Source: a virus
Lineage: Duplodnaviria; Heunggongvirae; Uroviricota; Caudoviricetes
Length of the DNA stretch: 64,000 bases
Strand: one strand, 5' to 3'
Virus record (IMG/VR): IMGVR_UViG_3300006734_000990
Shown here: in pieces, positions 19,655 through 29,180 of the stretch
Layout: the number at the start of each line of letters is the position of its first letter
How positions within the stretch are numbered: position 1 is the stretch's first letter
Position numbers and translations under genes: made by a program
Notes under the pieces: generated by a model
Database searches by the model: none
Seen by the model: the letters and a program-made list of their open reading frames with translations, nothing else
Told to the model about the DNA's origin: nothing

Positions 19655-20146
19655 CTAAAATTCAGGTGATCCACCCGGCTGGTCATGCGCTTCCAATGCG
19701 GTCAAGCGATCATAGGCAGCCTCGATCTCCTCGATCGGTGTCTCCATGGTCATGCCATGGTCCCGCGGCCGGACCCCGTAGGCCTCTTTATAATTGTCGG
19801 AATAAGACTGCAGCAGGAGAAGTTTCTCAAGCTCCTCTGGCGTGGTTACCCCATAGCGGTCCCAATGCTCCGGATCGTCTGTCAACTGCCCCATGAAGCA
19901 CCCTTCGATGGGGTTCTCTGCAAGCCAGATCGCCGTTGTATTGCCGAGGCGAACATAGTCCGCGATCGTCTCACACAGGCGCCAGTCTGGTCGGACGTCC
20001 GCAGCCATCATGAAGTTTTGCCGTGTGAGTTCCTCCCGCGCCAGCCGCACGGCCTCATCTGCATCGTCGGTCTCAATCACGCGGGACGGGCGCAGCACGC
20101 CATCCTCATCGTAGCCGTTTTCGTAGATGTGTACCTTGTGGGCCAT
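19655..20146 (-). CDS. hypothetical acidic protein (163 aa)
   Basis: ORF with coding bias. Confidence 0.45.
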   Translation of the reverse strand: MAHKVHIYENGYDEDGVLRPSRVIETDDADEAVRLAREELTRQNFMMAADVRPDWRLCETIADYVRLGNTTAIWLAENPIEGCFMGQLTDDPEHWDRYGVTTPEELEKLLLLQSYSDNYKEAYGVRPRDHGMTMETPIEEIEAAYDRLTALEAHDQPGGSPEF

Positions 20147-20230
20147 GTTGCTTCTCCTTTCATCTGCCAGGGAAACAATACGGTCGAGGAGCGAAAAGCC
20201 GCAGCGCTCTCGCGCCTCGACATGCTCTCT

Positions 20231-20878
20231 TCAGTTCCGTGCCAAGCCGACACTCTTCTCCAGTACCGGATTTTTGGTGAAATACTCCTCCCGGCCATGC
20301 ACGCCGCGGCCGACAATCCGGAAGAACTGGCGCGGCCCAGCCTTCGCTTGCGCGATCGGCTCATGCGGCGTGAAGATCCCGATCTCCAACACCTCACCGG
20401 CCGACATCATCCGACCCGTGGTGCGAGGAAACTCGGAGGCGCGCGCGGATAGATCGCCGTCGGGGGTCGTATCCTCTACATCCTCATCCCAGATCATGCA
20501 GGTCTCTGGGATCGAGTTGGCGATCAGAACGCGCGTGTCGCGCTCCAGCTCGACAAAGCCGGGCCCGTCGCCCCAGGTCGGTGTACCGGGGCCCCAGGTC
20601 AAAAGCCCCTCCCGCAGACAGGCTTCGGTATGAATGGTACGCTCTCCGGCGCCGTAGCCACGCTGTGAGGCGCCGGCCGCCACCATGCTCTCATCGATGG
20701 TGATCAGTCCAAGCTCACCTTCCTGGCCAGGCAGGGCGAAACGGGCCACGACGTCACCATACCCAGCATAGGCTTCCGGCAGGCTTTCCGGGCGGCCCTG
20801 GATGAAGGGCATCATGTAGCAACGCGCACCGGTGTAGGCGGGAAAGGCCATGTGGCCGGAGGACTTTACAGACATTGA
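20231..20878 (-). CDS. hypothetical protein (215 aa)
   Basis: Start chosen at MSVKSSGH; TCGCGAAAAAC box about 50 nt upstream (20925-20936). Confidence 0.45.
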   Translation of the reverse strand, partial: SMSVKSSGHMAFPAYTGARCYMMPFIQGRPESLPEAYAGYGDVVARFALPGQEGELGLITIDESMVAAGASQRGYGAGERTIHTEACLREGLLTWGPGTPTWGDGPGFVELERDTRVLIANSIPETCMIWDEDVEDTTPDGDLSARASEFPRTTGRMMSAGEVLEIGIFTPHEPIAQAKAGPRQFFRIVGRGVHGREEYFTKNPVLEKSVGLARN

Positions 20879-20994
20879 GGTACCCTTGTGATTGAATTTA
20901 GAACAGCATAACACATCGCGAAAAACGAGAGTATCAGAAATAAAGAGAGCGCCAGTTTCCCGGCGCCCCAATGTTTTTGAAGAACAGTTCAGCC

Positions 20995-21945
20995 TTACTT
21001 GGTTTTGGCTGTCGGGGTAGTCTTGCGGGGCGTTGCTTTTGCCGGGGCTTTCACCTGCTGACCTGCAGCGATCATGCCCATGGTTGCGGCATCTTTGGTT
21101 TCCTTGGCCGCAGCCGTCACGAAGACCACACTGCCACCCGCGGATGCAGCATCGCGCAGCGCTTCCATCTCATTGATCGAGGTGAAGAAGTCGAGGCCGG
21201 CGCTGGCCGACAGACCTGTGCTGCCCACGAAGGCCTGCAGAGCTTCAGCGTTGCCTTCGGCAACCTTCTTGCGGAAGGACGCATAGGCTTCGGCCTTGAT
21301 GTTCATGGCTTCGCCTTCCGCGTGCGATTTCGCAATTGAAAGTGTTTTCGCAGCTTCACCTTCGTTGATCGCCGCTTCTTTGAGGCGCTCAGATGCAATG
21401 ACGCGGTCGAAGGCCTGACGGAGTTCTTCTGAGGGCTGCGGATCATCGACGAGCACGTTCTCAATCCGAAAGCCGAAGCCGGACATCTTTTCGGTCAGAG
21501 TGCCTTCGACACCATCTTCAAAGGTATCGCGCGCCTGAAAGAGCTGATTGAACGACAGGCTCGAGGCTGTGGAACGTACCTGGTTGACGACGTAGGAGCG
21601 GATCTGGCCTTCAGGGTTGTTCAGCTTATAAAAGGCGTCCTGCGCTGTGTCTTCGTCGACGCAGAACTGGACGCGGATCGGCACCAACACGAAGGCATTG
21701 TCGGAGGACTTCACATTAACGTCCTCGGAGATCTCACGGATCTTCAACGAAAAGTTTGGCGATGCAGCCTGGAACGGCCAAGGCGCTTTGAACGACAAGC
21801 CAGACTTTCTAACCGAGGAGAACCTGCCGAAGGTGGAGATGATCTTGACGTGTTGTTGCTGCGTGATGACCACGGTTGATGCGGCCATCAATAGAAGTAC
21901 GACAGTGGCGATGGCGATATGGACCGCGGTGAGTGTGATAAACAT
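20995..21945 (-). CDS. SPFH / Band 7 (stomatin-prohibitin) family membrane protein
   Basis: N-terminal TM helix then ISTFGRF...KAPWPF... typical SPFH core, Ala/Glu-rich C-terminal helices. Confidence 0.7.
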   Translation of the reverse strand: MFITLTAVHIAIATVVLLLMAASTVVITQQQHVKIISTFGRFSSVRKSGLSFKAPWPFQAASPNFSLKIREISEDVNVKSSDNAFVLVPIRVQFCVDEDTAQDAFYKLNNPEGQIRSYVVNQVRSTASSLSFNQLFQARDTFEDGVEGTLTEKMSGFGFRIENVLVDDPQPSEELRQAFDRVIASERLKEAAINEGEAAKTLSIAKSHAEGEAMNIKAEAYASFRKKVAEGNAEALQAFVGSTGLSASAGLDFFTSINEMEALRDAASAGGSVVFVTAAAKETKDAATMGMIAAGQQVKAPAKATPRKTTPTAKTK

Positions 21946-22017
21946 GAGTTAAACCTTTTGCATTGGATTTGTGTCTTGCGGCTCAAGTAGGAGCCGGGTT
22001 TTTTCATTACAAATCCA

Positions 22018-22030
22018 TTTTTCGCAAAAG
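22018..22030 (+). promoter_or_regulatory. TTTTTCGCAAAAG box between SPFH gene and thrS-like gene
   Basis: Direct reading. Confidence 0.35.
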
Positions 22031-22049
22031 TGTTTTCTCACCATCGCAA

Positions 22050-23297
22050 TCACGGGGGCGCATCATGCGCCTCCGAGATTACCGCTACGAGGTCCTCAAT
22101 CGAGACCGAACGCTCTTTGCCGTTCATCTTCAGCATCACCTCGCCGCGCTCGACCTCACGCTTGCCGATTACCATCTGCACCGGGATCAGCTTATCCCGC
22201 ACCATGACAATCCGGCGGCCAAGCCCCTCAGACTGGTCAAAGAGGGCAGGGCGCAGCCCTGCGGCGCGCAGCTGGTCCATGACCGCCACCGCAGCATCGC
22301 GCTGGTCATGCCCGATCGGCAGCACAGCGACCTGTACCGGTGCCAGCCAGAGGGGCAGGCGGCCTTCGCAATGCTCCAGCAGGATGCCGATGAAGCGTCC
22401 GAGCGAGCCAAGCACCGCGTGGTGCAGCATCACGGGCTGATGTTTGGCGCCGTCTTTCCCCACATAGGAAGCGTCCAGGCGGCCTGGCAGGACCATGTCG
22501 AGCTGAATGGTGCCGCACTGCCACGAACGGCCCTTCTTGTCGCGCAAGGCGAACTCCAGCTTCGGACCGTAGAATGCGCCTTCGCCGAGCTGCAGCTTTG
22601 GGTCGAGCCCACAGGAGAGCGCCGCTTCCAGCAATTCCTGCTCTGCATGATCCCAATCCGCATCATTGCCGGCGCGCTTTTCTGGACGCAGCGACAGCGC
22701 CACTTCGAAGTCCGTAAACCCCAGAGCAGCATAGACCTCCTTCAGCAGTTCAACGAAGCGCGCGACTTCGCCACGGACCTGATCGGGATCGCAGATCACA
22801 TGGGCATCGTCCTGCTCAAATGCCTTGGTGCGCATCAGCCCATGCATGGAGCCCGATGCCTCATCGCGGTGGCACTGGCCAAACTCGGCAATGCGCATCG
22901 GCAGATCACGCCAGGAGCGCAGGTCCGAATTGAAGATCTGCAAATGACAGGGGCAACTCATCGGCTTCAGCGCCATATCGCGGCCGCCTTCCTCACGCGC
23001 CGGCACGGCGAACATGTTGTCGCCGAACTTCTCCCAATGGCCCGACGCTTCCCAGAGGGACTGGGGCAGCAGCTGCGGCGAGCGCACCTCGCCGTAGCCC
23101 AGGCTGCGCATGCGGTTACGGATGTAGTCCTCGAGCTCGCGGTAGATCTGCCAGCCAGCGGCGTGCCAGTAGATCATGCCCGGCGCATCTTCCTCGATGT
23201 GGTAGAGATCGAGACGGCGTGCCAGCACACGATGATCCAGAGGATCCATGCCTTGTTCGCGGGAGATGTCGAGGTTCTGTGCGTTGTTCTTATTCAT
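22050..23297 (-). CDS. threonyl-tRNA synthetase-like protein, catalytic plus anticodon-binding domains only (N-terminal TGS/editing domains absent), 416 aa
   Basis: DHRVLARRLDLYHIEEDAPGMIYWHAAGWQIYRELE ... matches E. coli ThrRS from about residue 240 ([26 protein letters not shown]...); class II motifs and C-terminal ABD present; AAGGA before ATG 23297. Confidence 0.8.
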   Translation of the reverse strand: MNKNNAQNLDISREQGMDPLDHRVLARRLDLYHIEEDAPGMIYWHAAGWQIYRELEDYIRNRMRSLGYGEVRSPQLLPQSLWEASGHWEKFGDNMFAVPAREEGGRDMALKPMSCPCHLQIFNSDLRSWRDLPMRIAEFGQCHRDEASGSMHGLMRTKAFEQDDAHVICDPDQVRGEVARFVELLKEVYAALGFTDFEVALSLRPEKRAGNDADWDHAEQELLEAALSCGLDPKLQLGEGAFYGPKLEFALRDKKGRSWQCGTIQLDMVLPGRLDASYVGKDGAKHQPVMLHHAVLGSLGRFIGILLEHCEGRLPLWLAPVQVAVLPIGHDQRDAAVAVMDQLRAAGLRPALFDQSEGLGRRIVMVRDKLIPVQMVIGKREVERGEVMLKMNGKERSVSIEDLVAVISEAHDAPP

Positions 23298-23345
23298 CGT
23301 CTTGGTCCTTTGTGGGGTATCAAATTGGACGCGAGACAATAAAAA

Positions 23346-23373
23346 ACCCCGCGTCAGTGGCGGGGTTCAAAGT
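23346..23373 (-). terminator. CCCCGC-CACTGAC-GCGGGG followed by UUUUUU hairpin-terminator 45 nt upstream of thrS-like start (leader attenuator-like)
   Basis: Read on minus strand; perfect 6-bp GC stem with U6. Confidence 0.6.
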
Positions 23374-23479
23374 CTGTTATGTTGATCCGATCAACTCACA
23401 CGACAACGCTCCGCCCGGGATGGGTGGTTGTTGTCGTCGTGGTGGAGGCGATCATGTTCATCATGCCGTCATACATAGG

Positions 23480-23569
23480 ATGCGAAAAACCCGTGGTCAA
23501 TATAATATCACTCCGTATTTTCGTGTTTTCCGAGGATCATGGCGTCAACCGATCAGGAGTATGACATGA
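23480..23569 (+). other. uORF (29 codons, MRKTRGQYN...) starting with ATGCGAAAAAC box; its TGA overlaps main-gene ATG (ATGA)
   Basis: Direct reading. Confidence 0.4.
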
Positions 23570-24075
23570 AAAACCCATTCCGCAGCAAAACCACCCGCAT
23601 CCGAGAGATAATGGCCGAGCTCGATACTTTCCAAGGTCAGATCGAGGGCCTCCTTGACGTCAGTCAGCATATTGGCGTCGAAAAAGTCACTGGTCCGATC
23701 GATGTTAAAACCCTTTCGGAAATCAAATCCGCGATCGAGTCCCAGCATTCCTACCTTAGCATGAAAGACGTCCGCGGGATCTCGGAGACATCCGATGAAT
23801 CCCATGCCGGTGTTGAACGTCGCTTCGCAGCCCGGGATGAAATTGTTTCCGGCGTTAAAGAAGAGATCGGAAAAACCAAAGGAATTCGCGGTGTTTTCGG
23901 CATGCACAGGAAGAACGTCGGGCAGTCCATCGCTGAACGCGCGATCTTGGCCATTGAGAAGGCCTGCGGCTATACTGACCTTAAATGCGCGCCTCTGAGT
24001 GTCAGCGATCCCTTCGGTCGGCCCAAGATCTCCGCTGAACATACCAAACCCGACTACTGCACGCCGGGCTGGTGA
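23566..24075 (+). CDS. hypothetical protein (169 aa)
   Basis: AGGAG 5 nt before ATG 23566; first of three co-directional genes. Confidence 0.45.
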   Translation: MKNPFRSKTTRIREIMAELDTFQGQIEGLLDVSQHIGVEKVTGPIDVKTLSEIKSAIESQHSYLSMKDVRGISETSDESHAGVERRFAARDEIVSGVKEEIGKTKGIRGVFGMHRKNVGQSIAERAILAIEKACGYTDLKCAPLSVSDPFGRPKISAEHTKPDYCTPGW

Positions 24076-24081
24076 TCTGAT

Positions 24082-24690
24082 ATGACCGACAGACTGATCA
24101 CCAAAGCCTTCTTCGACCCGATCTTTGAACATGAGCACGCCTATGATCGCACCTTCGGCGTCTACCTGCACCGCTGCGCCCGCGAAGAGCTCATCGTGAA
24201 AGCGATGCAGCGTGCGCGCAACGCCGGGAAGCTGGCCAAGTTCGAAGGGCTCGAAGGACGCCGCTTCGAAGAGGCCGAAGCCTGGAATGCTTTGGCAGAG
24301 GGGCGCGATCCTGAAGGTAAGATCGAAATGTATCTAACGTCGGCCATCTTGCTGGAGAAAATCGACACGATCGTCGGTGAGGCTTTCAGCAAGTTCTCCA
24401 ATACGAACGGCGAAGACATCCACGACAAGGTAGGCTTTCACAAATCTCTCTCGGCAATAGCCCTCAAGATCGAGAAATGGCTCGAACACCCAAAACAGTA
24501 TCAGAAAGACCATATGTTGCCACGCGGCACGAGTTTCGGGGACTTCGACAAACGTGAGATCAGCTACCTGGTTCGGCTCAACGGCTGGGACAGCATTGCA
24601 CTGATGGAGAAGGGTCTGCGCGAAGACTGGCGGCCTGTCGAAACTCCGCCCGAAGAAACATGCGATGCTGACGACGATATGGAGCCCTGA
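24082..24690 (+). CDS. hypothetical protein (202 aa)
   Basis: ORF, coding bias. Confidence 0.5.
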   Translation: MTDRLITKAFFDPIFEHEHAYDRTFGVYLHRCAREELIVKAMQRARNAGKLAKFEGLEGRRFEEAEAWNALAEGRDPEGKIEMYLTSAILLEKIDTIVGEAFSKFSNTNGEDIHDKVGFHKSLSAIALKIEKWLEHPKQYQKDHMLPRGTSFGDFDKREISYLVRLNGWDSIALMEKGLREDWRPVETPPEETCDADDDMEP

Positions 24691-24694
24691 AATA

Positions 24695-25363
24695 ATGCAA
24701 CTTTCCAAGAAACACTATTCGCCTGGCAAACGTACGCTGGATGACTTCGCGGACACGGTCATCTGCAAGTCCACATCCAGCGGCAGGGCGGTTCTCGATA
24801 CCGGATTCTACGATACGGTTTCTGATCCGGACTTTTCACCGAGTGGCCATGGCGCTGATTTCGAGACTGCCGCGAAAAACTGCGGCACGCGGATCCGTGA
24901 AGCTGCCCAGGATGGAAAACGGTATGGCTGCCTGCATGGATATGACCTGCAGTATCGCCTGATGTATCACTGGGACCGCAAAGAGAAGTTCGTCGAGCTT
25001 GGCTTGGACCCTAACGAGGTCATGAAGGACTGCAACGACAGCTATGGTCAATGGCCCCTCGGGGCCAGCTGGCTTCAGAACGTCAAAGGCGCGCGCCACG
25101 CGGAGTTCTTCTTCAAGCTGCTGGTCGCCACCGGCCAGAAAGGCATTGAGGAAGGGGCCTACGACCGTTCGAGCGTCATCGATGCGATTATGGTCGAGCT
25201 TGCCGATGAATTCCCGCAGATCGGCCCGTCGATCCATTATCCGGGCATCCCTCGGCCGCGGAGCGAGACCGAGCTTCGGGACATTGTGCTGGAGCGCTTA
25301 CATGAGATCTTTGATGCGCCCGACATGTCTCTCGATGAGGACACTGAGATGACGGGGCCTTAA
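24695..25363 (+). CDS. hypothetical protein (222 aa)
   Basis: GGAG 10 nt before ATG 24695. Confidence 0.5.
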   Translation: MQLSKKHYSPGKRTLDDFADTVICKSTSSGRAVLDTGFYDTVSDPDFSPSGHGADFETAAKNCGTRIREAAQDGKRYGCLHGYDLQYRLMYHWDRKEKFVELGLDPNEVMKDCNDSYGQWPLGASWLQNVKGARHAEFFFKLLVATGQKGIEEGAYDRSSVIDAIMVELADEFPQIGPSIHYPGIPRPRSETELRDIVLERLHEIFDAPDMSLDEDTEMTGP

Positions 25364-25402
25364 ATCAGGTGAACATGTGACCCCGCCCGGATTGCGTCGA
25401 AT

Positions 25403-26395
25403 TCAGCTAGAAAACGGCGGCAGATAAGGTGCTAACTCCGAAATAGGGAAGTTGTAGGCCCGATCTTCACCTTCCTCACCTTTGGCACCAGCTTTTACAT
25501 AGGCCGAAAATGCCTTGCGCAGGGCGGCTTTGTCGCCCGCATCGACTGTCATCCCTTCAATGCTTTCAACCTCATAGGCAGGATGGAAGATGCTGCCATC
25601 CTTTTCAAAATCCGAGAACTCATCTGCATTGCGCCGAAGGACCGTGCCCCGCGCAATACCGCCGCGCGCAGGCCAGTCGAATGAGACAAGATAGGCGGAT
25701 CGGGCGGCTTTCGCCATGCTCTCCCAGTCCCAATACACGGAAAAGGTCGGGCCGTACATTTCCTGGGCTTGTTGGTCTGCCGTATCGAGAACCTCCAGTT
25801 CATCCGGGTCGGTCATCGTGTCGAAGACCACCATTCTTACATTGAGCGCATCCAGCTCTTCAGGCGCGCTGCGCAGGACGTCGATCAAGCCTCGATCGCC
25901 TTTGCGCGCAGCTACCACTGCATTGCCACGCTGTCGATTGGCCCAAGCGGCTGCGGCTGCTGTCAGGTTATCCTCTGTAATGGGATCTGAAGCTTTCCAG
26001 TAACCTTTGAACATCTTTGCAATTTCGGGCCGAGCCTTGCCGTAGACGGCATTTGCCTCTTTCCAATGCGCGGCACCGCCTTCCGCGCCGAGACCATTGG
26101 CCGACATGTTCGACGAGCCCACAAAGGACATGTCTCCGATCACGCCAATCTTTGCATGAAGATCGTTAAGCTGGCGTACCTCAGCACCGCCCGCCTGGAG
26201 CTTGCTGATCTCATTGGGGTTGGTACCCCCACTCATAAGGTTGCAGACAATCCTCATCTTGGTTTTGTCTTGCTTGCCGAGCGCTTCAGCAGCGCCGGCG
26301 CCCCAAAATGCTACGGCAAGATCGGCGTTTGCCGTGTTTTTAAGTTCAGCGCGCATACGTTGCAGCAACGCAGCTCCATCAAGGAATTTGGGCAT
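25403..26395 (-). CDS. phospholipase D-like (single HKD motif) domain protein, putative Nuc-like nuclease
   Basis: LHAKIGVIGDMSFVGSSNMSANG is a complete HxKxxxxD(x6)GSxN motif; one copy only. Confidence 0.7.
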   Translation of the reverse strand: MPKFLDGAALLQRMRAELKNTANADLAVAFWGAGAAEALGKQDKTKMRIVCNLMSGGTNPNEISKLQAGGAEVRQLNDLHAKIGVIGDMSFVGSSNMSANGLGAEGGAAHWKEANAVYGKARPEIAKMFKGYWKASDPITEDNLTAAAAAWANRQRGNAVVAARKGDRGLIDVLRSAPEELDALNVRMVVFDTMTDPDELEVLDTADQQAQEMYGPTFSVYWDWESMAKAARSAYLVSFDWPARGGIARGTVLRRNADEFSDFEKDGSIFHPAYEVESIEGMTVDAGDKAALRKAFSAYVKAGAKGEEGEDRAYNFPISELAPYLPPFSS

Positions 26396-26527
26396 AAATG
26401 ACCTTTTTGAAAATCGAGGGTGTCTAAAAATAAGTTCAAGGCCCCTTATGGGGGCTCAATATGGATGCAGCGTAGGCCACAACTAAAAATGGGTCAAACA
26501 GCCAATGTATTACACGAGCATCGCGAA

Positions 26528-27202
26528 CTATTCAGGAGAGACTGTCCAGCGCTCGAATTCCTCTGCTGGCAAAGCATCCGGCTTTCGCCGTACTTGCTGC
26601 AAGATCTGCTTCTCTACGGCCTCCTGCGCCTCGATCAAGCTCTCGATCCAGGATTCCGCGACCCGCTGACCGGTCCGATTGGACATGCCCGCGATCTGAG
26701 CTTCCAGCTTTTCGAGGCTGTCGATCTCATCGAGCACCTCTTGGTAAAGTGTATTGAGCGTCTCCGAAGAGCACTCCGGCAGCTCCGGGTGCTCTGGGAT
26801 CTCACCGGGATCCGACCATTTGATCGATCCCCAGCCTGGTGATCGCACGGCCGGGCTGTCTGACGCCGTCCAGATCTTCTGCGCAGCCTTTTCGGCCATA
26901 CCTTTGCGCTCGCGCCGAAAACCATAGAAATCATGTTTCTTCAGCGCGCAGATGCGCATCGTATCATCATCAGGATAGGTGGTGAATACGATCAGCTTGG
27001 CGGCCACATGCATGTGACGGATGCCCGCGAAGCGTTTGCCTGAGAAGGGATTGTCTCCGCCGGGCTCGCCCGCGGCCGCCTTGGCAACCATTTCACCGAT
27101 CTGTTTGCGGATCGTCCAATAGTCCGGATGGTTCCTGGCCTTGGCCAGGTCTTTCCAGAAGAGCTTCGAAATTTCGACCTTACTGATCTTCCTCGCGCTC
27201 AT
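26528..27202 (-). CDS. RelE/ParE/YafQ-superfamily toxin-like protein with about 130-aa C-terminal extension
   Basis: N-terminal 95 aa: FWKDLAKA ... GKRFAGIRHMHVAAKLIVFTTYPDDDTMRICALKKHDFYG resembles RelE/YafQ core (R-x-H, Y, HD, F/Y); start ATG overlaps upstream small ORF by 23 nt. Confidence 0.5.
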   Translation of the reverse strand: MSARKISKVEISKLFWKDLAKARNHPDYWTIRKQIGEMVAKAAAGEPGGDNPFSGKRFAGIRHMHVAAKLIVFTTYPDDDTMRICALKKHDFYGFRRERKGMAEKAAQKIWTASDSPAVRSPGWGSIKWSDPGEIPEHPELPECSSETLNTLYQEVLDEIDSLEKLEAQIAGMSNRTGQRVAESWIESLIEAQEAVEKQILQQVRRKPDALPAEEFERWTVSPE

Positions 27203-27407
27203 CGGTATAGGCTCCATGGGGATCCACACCGGTGGCCATCGCGAAATTGAACTCCGCCGGGGAGAGCAGGGTGCTGCCCGAGAGATCCGCTTCGCGTTCG
27301 ATCTCGGCTTCGACCATGGCTTTGACATGCTCCTCGCGGCTGGCTTCGCTGCGCGCCTGCAGGTCCTGCTTCATGTCCTGGAAGGCTTTTGATTTGGAAA
27401 AGCTCAT
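27180..27407 (-). CDS. putative antitoxin (75 aa) overlapping toxin start
   Basis: Position and size only; no clear RHH signature. Confidence 0.4.
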   Translation of the reverse strand: MSFSKSKAFQDMKQDLQARSEASREEHVKAMVEAEIEREADLSGSTLLSPAEFNFAMATGVDPHGAYTDEREEDQ

Positions 27408-27472
27408 CGCTCATATCCCCTGTGATCTTTCTATCCATATTATGTGTGCCTTAACCTTCTTCAAGACAAGAT

Positions 27473-27484
27473 ATGCGAATTTAG
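27473..27484 (+). other. mini-ORF MRI* (ATGCGAATTTAG)
   Basis: Direct reading. Confidence 0.2.
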
Positions 27485-27628
27485 TAAAAGCTGTTCTGAA
27501 TGGGAGTCTGCTTGCCGGGTCTGAAAGTACCAAGATGTTCCGGATTATTCTCTGCTCCCACAAGGCGGTTCACGGGCTTTTCGCGGAAGCCTCCTATGAT
27601 CGGCGGAAGAAATAAAACGAGGTCCGCC

Positions 27629-28078
27629 ATGCAAGACAGAGATATGAACACCGCGCCCGAAGGGGACGTGGATCTCACACCCGCAGCCGCCTTTCTCAAA
27701 GAGGCTGACACGCTCTGGCCAGAGGTCAGCCAGTTCTACCGCTTTGCCGTAGAGAGGCAGGAAGTCGGTGCCTTCTGTCTCGATGATATTCATGAAGACG
27801 AAGAGGTCGGGGTAAGCCTCATCAAGGTGCGCACATCTCTGACAGGCCGGGGCTATGGCACAATGATGCTGGATGCGCTCTGTGCGCTGGCCGACAAACA
27901 TGATGTGGCCTTGCGCCTGGAGATACTACCGACCGGCCGCCTCAACGAGATCAATCTGACAGATTGGTATGCACGCCGCGGCTTCGTGCCCGGTTTTCAG
28001 TCTGCTTATGACGAAGGACCGGTCATGAGCCGGTCGCCTCATGCGGAGCCCGAAGAAGCGCCTACAGCAACTCTGTGA
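27629..28078 (+). CDS. GNAT family N-acetyltransferase
   Basis: RGYGTMMLDAL matches GNAT motif A (R/Q-x-x-G-x-G/A); start at MQDRDMN with SD-like upstream. Confidence 0.6.
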   Translation: MQDRDMNTAPEGDVDLTPAAAFLKEADTLWPEVSQFYRFAVERQEVGAFCLDDIHEDEEVGVSLIKVRTSLTGRGYGTMMLDALCALADKHDVALRLEILPTGRLNEINLTDWYARRGFVPGFQSAYDEGPVMSRSPHAEPEEAPTATL

Positions 28079-28955
28079 GAGCCGCCTCGAGACGCTCCCA
28101 TTCGCCGCGTGCCATAACCTTGCTCAGCACTTTCGCCTTGGTCTTGTTGTCCGGCGGAATCCGAACGACCTGCCAGAGCCCATTGCTGCTTGGTGCAAGG
28201 CCGATATCAACAGCGGTCCGGCCCTGACGGCCCTGACGGTACCGCGATCTGATCTCTTGGGCATTGGGATGCGGCCTGCGCACATCGAAGCCGGCGGATT
28301 TCAAGGCAGAGAGCATGGCGCGCGTTTCGCGTTCAGCTTCACCGAAGATGCGCACAGCTTCCTCCAGACGCCGTGCGCGATCGCGGCGCTGTTCTGGCTC
28401 CATCTCGAAGTCAGCGGGGAGGGGGCGCACGGTGCCGATACGATAGACCAATGGGTTCCGTGTCTCCCAGGGGTGGAAGTCGCCACCGGTGAGGGCCCGG
28501 GTCAGAACATAATGTCGTTTCGCCGCGGCCAGTGAGACGAGGTCGGCGACATCATCGAACTGCGCGCGCAGCTGGCGCTGGCGGCCGCGGATGATCCGCT
28601 TGTCAGGTTCCCGTGCGATCAGGGCGGCCAGATGGTCGAGGGCGTCCTCGATCTCCACCGCATCTGTGGGCAGCTCAGGAAAGATAAGATCGCCCCGCTC
28701 TTCGCGGGTGCGGCGCTCGGCAATCTCACCAGAAGTCTCAAGCACCACAATGCTTTCCACGTCGGCGCCCTTGAGGTCGAGAATTGTCGGCATGGCCCAG
28801 GCACGGCGGTGTGTTTCGTCTTGAATGTAGCGCATGCCGGCGACCGCGAGCACTGGCCCTTCGGCGGAACTGATTTCGATGCTGTCCTCGAAGCGGGGCG
28901 GGTTAAAAATAACCCGGGCCCGATCGCCATCTGCAAGATGATTCAAGTTTGGCAT
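28062..28955 (-). CDS. hypothetical protein (about 297 aa; ORF extends to 29096 but the extension is AT3-rich)
   Basis: Start chosen at MPNLNHLADG; TGCGAAAAC box about 55 nt upstream. Confidence 0.45.
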   Translation of the reverse strand: MPNLNHLADGDRARVIFNPPRFEDSIEISSAEGPVLAVAGMRYIQDETHRRAWAMPTILDLKGADVESIVVLETSGEIAERRTREERGDLIFPELPTDAVEIEDALDHLAALIAREPDKRIIRGRQRQLRAQFDDVADLVSLAAAKRHYVLTRALTGGDFHPWETRNPLVYRIGTVRPLPADFEMEPEQRRDRARRLEEAVRIFGEAERETRAMLSALKSAGFDVRRPHPNAQEIRSRYRQGRQGRTAVDIGLAPSSNGLWQVVRIPPDNKTKAKVLSKVMARGEWERLEAALTELL

Positions 28956-29180
28956 GATACCCCAAATCGATAGCGTGAACCCGTAAGTGATTCGCTTAAA
29001 TGTATTGGTTTTCGCAACTGCTGTCACGCCGCAGCTCAGCTTACCGAGCAGTTCAGTTCGCTCGTTTGGAGATTCTCTTGTCTCAATCAGTTGCATCTAG
29101 TGTGACGGCAAAATTGCTGCTTGTACCGACTGAAAACCCTGCGTGACATGACCTCCATTGGATCAAAAAAGGAGTGAAGC

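Noticed and set aside
21963-23342. 459-aa plus-strand ORF
   Set aside because: Exactly antisense to the well-supported ThrRS-like gene; a GC-rich shadow ORF with no motifs.
23545-24171. 208-aa minus-strand ORF
   Set aside because: Overlaps two consecutive, SD-preceded plus-strand genes; no independent support.
28956-29096. N-terminal 47 codons of the 344-aa ORF 28062-29096
   Set aside because: Third-codon positions A/T-rich unlike neighbouring coding DNA, and it contains the intergenic TGCGAAAAC box. Start moved to ATG 28955.
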